This document shows positions 9,703 through 18,693 of a stretch of DNA of 60,266 nt, one piece after another. The DNA is from an uncultured Planctomycetia bacterium (GTDB lineage: Bacteria; Omnitrophota; Gorgyraeia; VGKH01; JBHPFN01). The notes under the pieces were generated by a model. The model worked only from the letters and a program-made list of their open reading frames with translations. It ran no database searches and was not told where the DNA came from. A program made the position numbers and the translations under genes. Numbering within the stretch: position 1 is the first letter of the stretch; each line of letters opens with the position of its first letter. The stretch is taken from NCBI GenBank assembly GCA_964406665.1, contig CAYOSQ010000011.1:1-60266 (forward strand). Reading direction: 5' to 3'.

Positions 9703-10500
9703 ATGAACAAAAGCTCAAGTAAAAATATTCTAGCAGTTTTTTTTATAGTGTCTGTTCTTTTCTATTATGGTTGCGGAGTAAAGAGTGAGACTCGCTATCA
9801 AAAAGGGCTAAAGTTTGCTGCTTCTGGAAAATTTGAAAAGGCGCAGAGAGAATTTGCATTAATTGTGTCCGATAAAGATTATGGTCAAGATGTTAAAGAA
9901 TGGATAATTCGGTTTGGTAAAGTGGCCGAGGGAAAGATGGAAAAAGATGGACTAATTTATCTTTTTAGGGGAATCTTGCAAGGCAATGATGAGAACTGGG
10001 TGCAGGGTTTAGTAGAGTTAAAGAAAGCCCGGGAAATAATTCCTGGGGATGCTAAGGTTTATGAGAATCTAGGCTTGACTTATATGGAGTTAGGCATGTG
10101 GGATGAGGCTTTATATGAATGGAAAGAAGCTATCGATATAAATCCAAGAAATAGCGACACCTACGATAAGATAGGGCTTTATTATTGTCAGATGGGATTG
10201 AATGGTTTGGCAATAGAACAACATAAGAGGGCTTTAAGTATTGATTCAAGCAATGTAAATGCCTTATTGAATTTAGGTACAGCATTAAAGAAAGCTGATA
10301 GGATTGATGAAGCTATTAGAGTTTATAAAAAGGTTGCATCAGTTGAACCAGACAACGTTGAGGTGCATAAGAGATTGACTGAAACTTTTTATGAAATAGA
10401 TAAAATGCATCATGCGGCAATATATTATAGTAAATTACTTAGGCTTAAAGGAGATGTTGATCCTGAGATTAAGGAAGCGCTGAAACCTTACACGAATTAA
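9703..10500 (+). CDS. TPR-repeat lipoprotein
   Basis: Signal peptide plus lipobox (FYYGC), followed by several TPR-like repeats (YENLGLTYMELGMWDEALYEWKEAIDINP and others). Confidence 0.7.
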   Translation: MNKSSSKNILAVFFIVSVLFYYGCGVKSETRYQKGLKFAASGKFEKAQREFALIVSDKDYGQDVKEWIIRFGKVAEGKMEKDGLIYLFRGILQGNDENWVQGLVELKKAREIIPGDAKVYENLGLTYMELGMWDEALYEWKEAIDINPRNSDTYDKIGLYYCQMGLNGLAIEQHKRALSIDSSNVNALLNLGTALKKADRIDEAIRVYKKVASVEPDNVEVHKRLTETFYEIDKMHHAAIYYSKLLRLKGDVDPEIKEALKPYTN

Positions 10501-10509
10501 TTTTTTGCT

Positions 10510-13152
10510 ATGACTGAAATATCAACAAGATATAATCCTAAAGAAGTCGAAGATAGAATATTTTCTTTTTGGTTGAAGAAAAATCTATTTGAAGCAAATT
10601 CCAACTCTGATAAAAAGCCATTTTGCATAGTTATCCCACCTCCGAATATTACAGGAATTCTTCATATGGGTCACGCCCTTAATAATACTATTCAAGATAT
10701 TTTGATTAGATATAGACGGATGCAAGGATTCGAATCTTTATGGATGCCGGGAACCGATCATGCTGGGATAGCAACGCAAAATGTCGTTGAGCGTAAACTT
10801 GCAAAAGAAGGAAAGAAAAGAGATGATGTCGGCCGGGAGGAATTTATTTCTCAACTCTGGGATTGGAAAAAAGAGTATGGGGATACAATAATTCATCAGC
10901 TTAAGAAATTGGGCTCCAGTTGTGATTGGTCGAGGACTCGCTTTACAATGGATGAACATTATAGCAAGGTTGTCAAAGAGGTTTTCATCCGGCTTTATGA
11001 AAAGGGATTGATTTATCGAGGCAAGTACATAATTAATTGGTGTCCAAGATGTCATACTGCGTTATCTGATGAAGAGTCTCAACATAAAGAGACCAATGGA
11101 AAACTTTATTCTATCCGCTATCCATTGAAGCATAGCTTGAAAAAATTTGTTGTGGTTGCCACAACAAGACCGGAAACAATGTTAGGAGATACTGCTGTAG
11201 CTGTTAACCCTAAAGATAAACGCTACAAGGATTTAGTAGGTAAAAAATTAGTTTTGCCTTTAGTTAATCGTGAAATATCTATCATTGCAGATAGCGCAGT
11301 TGATCCTGAATTTGGAACCGGTTGTGTTAAGGTGACTCCAGCCCATGACCCAAACGATTTTGGAATAGGGAAACGTCATAGCTTAGAATTTATTAACATT
11401 ATGCATCCGGATGGTGTTTTGAATGAAAATGCCGGTGAATATGATGGCATGGATAGATTTGAAGCGCGCCAAGCTATCTTAGAGGTTTTAGAAGAAAAGC
11501 AGTTGTTGGTAAAGACTGAAGAACATGTGCATGCTGTGGGGCATTGCTATAGATGTCATACAGTAGTTGAACCTTATTTGTCAAAGCAGTGGTTTGTAAA
11601 AATGAAGCCTTTGGCAAAGCCAGCCATTGAAGTTGTAAAAAAAGGGAAAGTTAAATTTATTCCTCATAGATGGACAAAAGTATATTTAAACTGGATGGAA
11701 AATATCCGTGATTGGTGTATTTCTAGGCAGATTTGGTGGGGTCATAGAATTCCTGTGTGGTATTGCGGTGATTGTTCTGAAGAAGATGCGATTATTGTCT
11801 CCAGAGATGTTCCTGAGAGATGTCCAAAATGCGGCAGCGCAAATTTAAGGCAAGACGAAGATGTATTGGATACATGGTTTTCTTCTTGGTTGTGGCCTTT
11901 TGCAACTTTATATTGGCCGGAGAAATCAGATGACCTGAAATCTTTTTACCCTACTTCAGTCTTGGTTACCGCACCAGAAATTATTTTTTTCTGGGTAGCC
12001 CGTATGATTATGGCAGGTTTGGAGTTTACCGGGGATATTCCCTTTAAAGATGTATATATCCATGGAACAGTGCGCGATCAAACCGGAGTAAAGATGTCTA
12101 AATCTTTAGGAAACACCATTGATCCTTTGGAGATAATCAGTGAGTTTGGTACCGACGCTTTAAGGTTCAGCCTAATGGCGATTACAGCAACCGGTACGGA
12201 TGTCTTTTTATCAAAAGACAAATTTGAAATCGGGAGAAACTTTGCCAATAAGATTTGGAACGCATCTCGTTTGATTATAATGAATCTTAAAGAAAAAGGT
12301 TCTGAGTTTGACCTGTGCCAAGTTTACAAAAGTGAATATTTACCTTTGCCTGAACGGTGGATTTTAAGTAGGCTTTTTAGAATGATTGAAAAGGTTAATA
12401 AGGAAATTGATAGTTATCGATTCAACGAGGCAGAAAATGCTTTATATGAGTTTTTTTGGCATGAATTCTGCGATTGGTATTTAGAAATTATCAAAGATAG
12501 GTTTGATGATAAAAATACTCAAATAATTGTTTATAAGATTTTGGAGAAGTTTTTGAGAGTGTTGCATCCATTTATGCCTTTTATTACTGAGGAAATATGG
12601 CAAAAAATTAATCCTGATTCGGGTTCTATTATGAATCAAAAGTTGCCTCTTATCCAGAAGCAAATTATAGATAAGAAATCTGAAGACTCAATGCAGATGA
12701 TTATTGATTTTATTACGTCGATTAGGAATATCCGAGCCCAGTGGAAAGTTGATTTGCAGAAGAAAGTTGATGTGTTAATCAAGGTTGGTGATTCCAAGAT
12801 TTCTAAGTTAATCCAGGAAAATTCTGCAATCATTAAAAGGCTATCCAAAGTTGAAGATATTGCTATAAAGAAATCTGTTAAAAAGCCTGAAAATTCTGCT
12901 GTAGGAATTGTTGGAAAAATCGAGTTTTACATTCCTCTTGTTGGTATAATTGATATTGAGAAAGAAAAAAATCGCATAGAAAATCAGATTAATCAAAGCA
13001 AGAAGATTGTTGAGGCAATTGAGGCTAGGTTAAAAAATAAGCAGTTTGTTAAAAAAGCACCTAAGGACGTTGTTGTTAAGGAGCAGAGTAGGCAGAAAGA
13101 AGTTGCAGAGGAGCTTATGGCGTTGGGTAAACTACGTAAAGAATTAAAATAA
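10510..13152 (+). CDS. valS: valyl-tRNA synthetase
   Basis: HMGH and KMSKS motifs, an editing domain and a C-terminal coiled coil; 880 aa. Confidence 0.95.
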   Translation: MTEISTRYNPKEVEDRIFSFWLKKNLFEANSNSDKKPFCIVIPPPNITGILHMGHALNNTIQDILIRYRRMQGFESLWMPGTDHAGIATQNVVERKLAKEGKKRDDVGREEFISQLWDWKKEYGDTIIHQLKKLGSSCDWSRTRFTMDEHYSKVVKEVFIRLYEKGLIYRGKYIINWCPRCHTALSDEESQHKETNGKLYSIRYPLKHSLKKFVVVATTRPETMLGDTAVAVNPKDKRYKDLVGKKLVLPLVNREISIIADSAVDPEFGTGCVKVTPAHDPNDFGIGKRHSLEFINIMHPDGVLNENAGEYDGMDRFEARQAILEVLEEKQLLVKTEEHVHAVGHCYRCHTVVEPYLSKQWFVKMKPLAKPAIEVVKKGKVKFIPHRWTKVYLNWMENIRDWCISRQIWWGHRIPVWYCGDCSEEDAIIVSRDVPERCPKCGSANLRQDEDVLDTWFSSWLWPFATLYWPEKSDDLKSFYPTSVLVTAPEIIFFWVARMIMAGLEFTGDIPFKDVYIHGTVRDQTGVKMSKSLGNTIDPLEIISEFGTDALRFSLMAITATGTDVFLSKDKFEIGRNFANKIWNASRLIIMNLKEKGSEFDLCQVYKSEYLPLPERWILSRLFRMIEKVNKEIDSYRFNEAENALYEFFWHEFCDWYLEIIKDRFDDKNTQIIVYKILEKFLRVLHPFMPFITEEIWQKINPDSGSIMNQKLPLIQKQIIDKKSEDSMQMIIDFITSIRNIRAQWKVDLQKKVDVLIKVGDSKISKLIQENSAIIKRLSKVEDIAIKKSVKKPENSAVGIVGKIEFYIPLVGIIDIEKEKNRIENQINQSKKIVEAIEARLKNKQFVKKAPKDVVVKEQSRQKEVAEELMALGKLRKELK

Positions 13153-13164
13153 AGGAGGTGTTGT

Positions 13165-13539
13165 ATGGATAATTTTTCAGAAAGAAGAAAGTTTCCAAGA
13201 TTTGTTTGTCCTAAGGATAAGTTTTGTACGGTAACATCAAAAAGTGGTGGGGGTTTTTTAGGCAGTTTGAAAAATATTTCTCGTGAAGGAGTTGCACTTT
13301 CATCAACAAGTGAGCTAGAAAAAGACGGGGTCTATGATTTTACTATCAATTATGCAGGGATAGAAAGACACATTCCTGCAGTTTTGAGGGTTGTATGGTC
13401 TTATCCGGGAAATGTTTTGAATACTTACGGCGCTGAATTCTCTAATGTTCGCCCCGAAGATAAGTTTGATTTGTTGGAGTCTTTTTATGAACATTGGAAG
13501 CAAGATATTGTTGAAAGAAAAAAGTGGGATAAAGATTAA
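13165..13539 (+). CDS. stand-alone PilZ domain protein
   Basis: RxxxR (RKFPR) and NxSxxG (NISREG) motifs; 124 aa. Confidence 0.75.
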   Translation: MDNFSERRKFPRFVCPKDKFCTVTSKSGGGFLGSLKNISREGVALSSTSELEKDGVYDFTINYAGIERHIPAVLRVVWSYPGNVLNTYGAEFSNVRPEDKFDLLESFYEHWKQDIVERKKWDKD

Positions 13540-13557
13540 CTTTAGGAGAGTCAAAAT

Positions 13558-14010
13558 ATGTTGGATGAGAAAATTTTAAATGATTATAAAGAAGCTTTAA
13601 AGTCTAAGGATTCAGCCCGGGCATCTGTTTTGAATTTTTTGCGATCGAATTTACTGAATTCTGCCAAGGAGAAAAAGAAAGAAAGGCTTGAAGATCCAGA
13701 AGTTATTGCTGTGCTTAAGAAACAAGTTAAGCAAATACAAGATTCTATCGAGCAATTCAAAAAAGGTGGCCGTCAGGATTTGGTGGATAAAGAGGCTAAT
13801 GAGTTGGAGATTTTAAAAGAGTATTTACCAGAACAATTGAGCCAGGATAAGATACAGTCGATAGTTGATGAAGTAATTGGCGAGCTTTCCGCAACATCCA
13901 TGAAAGATATGGGTGCAGTAATGAAAGAGGTTACACAAAGAACTTCTGGTGCAGCAGATGGAAAAGTCGTTAGTGGATTAGTAAAGTCAAGATTATCACC
14001 AGAGAAATAG
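13558..14010 (+). CDS. GatB/YqeY domain protein
   Basis: Typical YqeY sequence (L..D.K.A.K..D.......L....A.KE; EL.IL..YLP). Confidence 0.85.
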   Translation: MLDEKILNDYKEALKSKDSARASVLNFLRSNLLNSAKEKKKERLEDPEVIAVLKKQVKQIQDSIEQFKKGGRQDLVDKEANELEILKEYLPEQLSQDKIQSIVDEVIGELSATSMKDMGAVMKEVTQRTSGAADGKVVSGLVKSRLSPEK

Positions 14011-14018
14011 AAATCATA

Positions 14019-14423
14019 ATGCCAAAACTAAAATTGCAAGACGATCAACATTGTTTTGCCTGTGGTTCTAACAACCCAGCTGGACTAAAACTTCAATTTA
14101 CATTAGAGGATGACTGTCTTAAAACTACTTTTGTACCAGATAAGATTTATCAAGGATATACGAATGTTGTTCACGGAGGAATTATCGGCTTAGTGTTGGA
14201 TGAAGTCATGGTGAATTTACTTTGGAAAACCGGTAAGCCTGCGGTTACTGCTGAACTAAAGCTAAATCTTAAGATACCGGCAAAAGTGGGGCAATCTATT
14301 CAGTTTATTGGAAAATTGGTTAAAGAGACCCCTAGAATAATATATACTAGTGCTCAAGCAAGGGATAACCAAGGTAATCTTATTGCTGAGGCAACAGCAA
14401 AATGCGCAAGAATAGAGATCTAA
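14019..14423 (+). CDS. PaaI/4HBT-type hotdog-fold thioesterase
   Basis: CFACG...NP.GL.L.F N-terminus followed by a hotdog core (HGGIIGLVLDE). Confidence 0.75.
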   Translation: MPKLKLQDDQHCFACGSNNPAGLKLQFTLEDDCLKTTFVPDKIYQGYTNVVHGGIIGLVLDEVMVNLLWKTGKPAVTAELKLNLKIPAKVGQSIQFIGKLVKETPRIIYTSAQARDNQGNLIAEATAKCARIEI

Positions 14424-15262
14424 TTAAAAATATCATAATAAAAGCTTTAAAAGAAGATATCGGTAGTGGGGATATCACTACTAATCTATTTGTGGCTAGA
14501 ACTAAGATTATTAATGCTGAAATTATATGTAAAGAAAATGCAGTACTTTGTGGTTTAGATGTTGTAAAAGAAGTTTTTAGAGCGTGTGATAAAAATATTA
14601 AATTTTCTTCACTTGTCAAAGATGGAGTTTTAGTTAAATCAAACACTGTAGTTGCCAAAATTAAAGGTAGGGCTAGTTCTGTTTTAAAAGCCGAGAGAAC
14701 AGCTTTAAATTTCTTGGGACGACTTTGCGGTATTTCAACTGAGACAAAAAAATATGCCAACAAAATAAAGCAATATAAAGCAAAAATAATTGATACTCGT
14801 AAAACTACTCCAGTGTTGCGGATTCTGGAGAAGTATGCTGTTAGTTGCGGCGGAGGTATAAATCATCGTATGGGTTTATATGATATGGTTTTAATAAAAG
14901 ATAATCATAAGAAAATCATTGACTCAAATGAAAATATCATAGATTATATTTTAAAGGCAAAGAGCCGTTATGGAAGTTCAAAAAAGATTGAAGTAGAGGT
15001 GGAGAATCTGATTGAGTTTAAAAATGTTCTCAAAGCTATTCCTGATATAATAATGCTTGATAATATGAGTTTGCGAGAAATTAAGCTTGCAGTTAATCTG
15101 AACTCACTTGAATCTAAAAAAACAAGGCCGAAAATCGAAGCCTCTGGAAATATTTCTTTGAAAAATGTTAGGGAAATTGCAAAAACAGGCGTTGATTTGA
15201 TTTCAGTCGGTAGGATTATACATTCTGTTTCATCAATTGATTTTAGTTTGGAGATTTGCTGA
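14402..15262 (+). CDS. nadC: nicotinate-nucleotide pyrophosphorylase (carboxylating)
   Basis: The EDIGSGDITT motif and the TIM-barrel C-terminal half (IMLDNM...EASGNI) are conserved. Confidence 0.9.
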   Translation: MRKNRDLIKNIIIKALKEDIGSGDITTNLFVARTKIINAEIICKENAVLCGLDVVKEVFRACDKNIKFSSLVKDGVLVKSNTVVAKIKGRASSVLKAERTALNFLGRLCGISTETKKYANKIKQYKAKIIDTRKTTPVLRILEKYAVSCGGGINHRMGLYDMVLIKDNHKKIIDSNENIIDYILKAKSRYGSSKKIEVEVENLIEFKNVLKAIPDIIMLDNMSLREIKLAVNLNSLESKKTRPKIEASGNISLKNVREIAKTGVDLISVGRIIHSVSSIDFSLEIC

Positions 15263-15263
15263 T

Positions 15264-16046
15264 ATGATCGCTTTATTTACAACTATGGAAAAAAAGATTT
15301 GGCATCTTTTAAATATTACAGGGAAGATTTTTTATTTTTCTTTAGAAACGTTTATTTTATTGTTAAAAGGTAAAATTCGTTTTAGATCTACTGTGCGTCA
15401 GATATATGAACTTGGTGTTGAGGCATTTCCTATTATCTCAATTGCTTCTTTTGCGACTGGGATGGTAATGGCTGTCCAGGCTGCAGTGATTTTATCTCGT
15501 TTTGGAGCTAGGCAATATATTTCTAGTTTTGTTGCTCTTTCACTTGTAAGAGAGCTCAGTCCAGTTTTGGGTAGTATTATATTCGTAGGTAAATCTGGTG
15601 CAAAGATTTCTGCTGAGATTGGAGCAATGAACGTGAATGAACAGCTTTTGGCTACCAGAGCCTTAGGTATTGATCCTATGGATTTTTTTACTTCAAGTCG
15701 CGTATTGGCTTGTATGGTAGTTTTGCCAATTCTTGTTTGCTGGTCGGAAGTAATTGGTATCTCTGGGGGTTTATTGATTTCAGTTTTTCAAGAGAACATT
15801 TCTTTTCAATCATATGTGCATCATACGTTTAATTCTTTACGACTCGTTGATTACGTAGGGGGTATGATAAAAACTTTATTTTTCTCAATGATTATTGGTA
15901 TAGTTTGTTGCTATAAAGGTTTTCAAACTAAGGGTGGCTCTACTGGTGTTGGTTGTTATACTACCGAAGCTGTTGCGCTTAGCACGATATTGATTATTAT
16001 TTCAAATTTCGTTTTGACAAAATTAATTTTAACAATATGGGGGTAA
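15264..16046 (+). CDS. mlaE: phospholipid/Mla-type ABC transporter permease
   Basis: MlaE/Ttg2B-like polytopic permease. ATG 15264 follows the nadC stop directly; the ORF-track start at 15237 overlaps nadC. Confidence 0.85.
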   Translation: MIALFTTMEKKIWHLLNITGKIFYFSLETFILLLKGKIRFRSTVRQIYELGVEAFPIISIASFATGMVMAVQAAVILSRFGARQYISSFVALSLVRELSPVLGSIIFVGKSGAKISAEIGAMNVNEQLLATRALGIDPMDFFTSSRVLACMVVLPILVCWSEVIGISGGLLISVFQENISFQSYVHHTFNSLRLVDYVGGMIKTLFFSMIIGIVCCYKGFQTKGGSTGVGCYTTEAVALSTILIIISNFVLTKLILTIWG

Positions 16047-16048
16047 AT

Positions 16049-16378
16049 ATGTTCAAAAATCTTTTTTTAATTGTTTTGTTAATTTTTATCTTTTCGTTTA
16101 CAGCGGCCTGTTCAACTGGAACTCGATATCGAGGAGATTATCCTTTTAAGGAATCTAATTGGATTCGTGAAGGAAAGCCGTTGGTATTTGAAGATACAAA
16201 GTGGTATCCTACTGATGATGTAGAAAATCTCCTTGATAGAGAAATGGAATATATGGGAGAGTATGAAAGTGTACCGTTTTATATAGAGAAAAGAGACGTA
16301 CGCCCATTTCAAAGACTTTATACCAAATTTGGATATCATAAATTTAGAGTTTTTTCAAAAAGAAAACCTAATGATTAA
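16049..16378 (+). CDS. small lipoprotein of unknown function, inserted between mlaE and mlaF
   Basis: MFKNLFLIVLLIFIFSFTAAC signal peptide plus lipobox. No family recognised. Confidence 0.6.
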   Translation: MFKNLFLIVLLIFIFSFTAACSTGTRYRGDYPFKESNWIREGKPLVFEDTKWYPTDDVENLLDREMEYMGEYESVPFYIEKRDVRPFQRLYTKFGYHKFRVFSKRKPND

Positions 16379-17096
16379 AGTTGAAGGATTAAATAAGTAT
16401 TTCAAGGATCATAAGGTTCTTGATGAAATAAGTTTAGAGATAAAAAAAGGTGAATTCTTTTGCTTGATGGGAAAAAGCGGTCAAGGAAAAAGCGTTTTTC
16501 TTCAACATCTCAACGGGCTTATTAAACCAGATAGCGGAACTGTAAAAATTGATGATATCGAAATAAATAAACTTAGTGAACATAAGCTGCTCTCTTTAAG
16601 AAGTAGATTTGGTTATTTGTTTCAGGAGGGAGCATTATTTGATTACATGGATGTTTATGATAATCTGGCACTTCCAATAAGAGAGCATACTCATAAAAAA
16701 GAAAAAGAGATTTCTCTGCTTATTAAGCAGGTTTTAAATGAAGTAGATCTACATGGGATTGAATTGAAATATCCTGTTGAGCTAAGTGGAGGAATGAGAA
16801 AAAGAGTAGGGCTTGCTCGAGCAATTATTCTTAATCCTAGTATATTTTTCTGTGATGAACCGACTTCAGGGTTAGATCCTTCTACGGGAAGATCGATTTC
16901 TCGTCTTATTTTTAAATTGTGTAGAGAATTACATGTTACGACTGTTGTGGTGTCTCATGATGTAGGGAATTTTCTGCCGCTAGCTGATAGAGCGGCGATT
17001 ATAGATGAAGGTAGAATTATTGCAGTGGGTACGAAAGATGAGATAGAAGCATCTAAAGACCCTAAGGTAAGAGATTTTCTTTTGAAAGATTTATGA
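16371..17096 (+). CDS. mlaF: Mla-type ABC transporter ATP-binding protein
   Basis: Walker A GKSGQGKS, signature LSGGMRKR, Walker B FFCDEP. ATG 16371 gives the canonical MIKVEGL start. Confidence 0.88.
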   Translation: MIKVEGLNKYFKDHKVLDEISLEIKKGEFFCLMGKSGQGKSVFLQHLNGLIKPDSGTVKIDDIEINKLSEHKLLSLRSRFGYLFQEGALFDYMDVYDNLALPIREHTHKKEKEISLLIKQVLNEVDLHGIELKYPVELSGGMRKRVGLARAIILNPSIFFCDEPTSGLDPSTGRSISRLIFKLCRELHVTTVVVSHDVGNFLPLADRAAIIDEGRIIAVGTKDEIEASKDPKVRDFLLKDL

Positions 17097-17111
17097 TGGA
17101 GGGTAAAAGAT

Positions 17112-17741
17112 ATGAAATACGAATTTAGTAAAGAGATATTGGCGGGATTATTCTTTTTGATTGGGATTGTTGTTATCGTAGTCTTGATTCTATCTCTTGG
17201 TTCTAAGACCGGAATCGCCGCACCGAAATATTATTTAGATGTTGCTTTTAGTGATATTGGTGGTTTAAGAGTTGGTGCTCCGGTACGCGTAGCCGGAGTT
17301 GGTGTAGGTACGGTTGTGGATATTGGTTTTATTGATAGCCCTGCACTGGGAGATAAGCGAGTAAAGGCGACTCTAGGAATTTTGAAGAAGTATAAAAAAC
17401 AGGTTGATTCAAGCACTATTTTTTCAATTAAAACTGAAGGGCTGCTGGGAGATAAACTTATCGACATTGAACTGCCTTCTTATGGAGATGATTATGAAAG
17501 TCCAGTAAAGGATGGATATGTTATTGGTCAAGATGCTTTGGATATCAAAAATCTTGCCGATGATTTTAGTGAAACTACAAAATACTTCATTTATCTAACT
17601 AAAAAGATGTCTACCCTAGTGGATAATCTTCAAGTAACCTTGAGAACCTCAAAGAGGATTATGGATAGGATAGAAGAGAAAATAATTGATGGTGGATTAA
17701 TTAATGTTTTAATGGGAAAAGAGAATAGGCCAGAGCAGTAG
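17112..17741 (+). CDS. mlaD: MCE-domain substrate-binding protein
   Basis: N-terminal TM helix followed by an MCE domain (GLRVGAPVRVAGVGVGTV). Confidence 0.85.
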   Translation: MKYEFSKEILAGLFFLIGIVVIVVLILSLGSKTGIAAPKYYLDVAFSDIGGLRVGAPVRVAGVGVGTVVDIGFIDSPALGDKRVKATLGILKKYKKQVDSSTIFSIKTEGLLGDKLIDIELPSYGDDYESPVKDGYVIGQDALDIKNLADDFSETTKYFIYLTKKMSTLVDNLQVTLRTSKRIMDRIEEKIIDGGLINVLMGKENRPEQ

Positions 17742-17781
17742 AGTTTAAAACAAGAATTTTTTTCTTTAAGGAGATTAATTA

Positions 17782-18684
17782 GTGAAGATTGCAGTTTTAG
17801 GTACAGTAGCATTGGATACAGTAGTTACGCCTACAGGAAAAAGGAATAATTTGCTGGGAGGTTCAGCAGTCCATTTCGCTTTGAGTGCTAGGTTCTTCGC
17901 GAAAACACATATTGTTGCAGTGGTGGGAAAAGATTTTCCTATAAAGCACGTTTCTTTCCTCAAAAACAAGGGGATTATTGTTGATTCTTTATCAAAAACA
18001 TCGGGTGAAACATTTCGTTGGTCCGGAGACTATTGCAGTGATTTAAATGCCGCCCAAACACTAGATACTAAGCTAGGAGTTCTTTTAACTTTTGAACCTT
18101 CACTTACTGAGGAAGAAAAAAGAATAGAAAATGTGTTTCTGGCTAATGTTGATCCTGATATACAGTATTATCTTTTGAAAAAAATTCGTAGCCCTAAGTT
18201 GGTTGGATTAGACAGTATGAATTTTTGGATAGACAATAAGCTTAAATCATTAAAGCGTATTTTAAAAAAGGTTAATTTCTTTGTCGTAAATGATGCCGAG
18301 GCTCGGCAGCTATCAGGTGAAAAAAATTTAGTAAGGGCAGCGCGTGCTTTGCGTAAACTAGGGCCCAAGATGATAATAATCAAAAAAGGTGAACATGGTG
18401 TTATGTTCTATTCTGATAAAATTACATTTTGCCTTCCCGCTTTTCCTATAGATTCTGTAGTTGATCCTACTGGAGCTGGAGATTCCTTCGCAGGTGGTTT
18501 TATGGGTTCTTTATCAAAATCACGCAATATTAATGGAGAAGCTATTAAGAAAGCTCTTATTTATGGTACTATGCTGGCTTCTTTTAATGTTGAAGGGTTT
18601 GGACCTGATAAGGTATCTGGTATTTCAAGTAAGCTTATAAATAAGAGATTGTCCTCTTTTAAAAAAACCACTAGCTGGAAATAA
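17782..18684 (+). CDS. PfkB-family carbohydrate kinase
   Basis: DPTGAGDSFAGGF ATP-site motif; GTG start. Confidence 0.85.
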   Translation: MKIAVLGTVALDTVVTPTGKRNNLLGGSAVHFALSARFFAKTHIVAVVGKDFPIKHVSFLKNKGIIVDSLSKTSGETFRWSGDYCSDLNAAQTLDTKLGVLLTFEPSLTEEEKRIENVFLANVDPDIQYYLLKKIRSPKLVGLDSMNFWIDNKLKSLKRILKKVNFFVVNDAEARQLSGEKNLVRAARALRKLGPKMIIIKKGEHGVMFYSDKITFCLPAFPIDSVVDPTGAGDSFAGGFMGSLSKSRNINGEAIKKALIYGTMLASFNVEGFGPDKVSGISSKLINKRLSSFKKTTSWK

Positions 18685-18693
18685 ACCTTCAAA

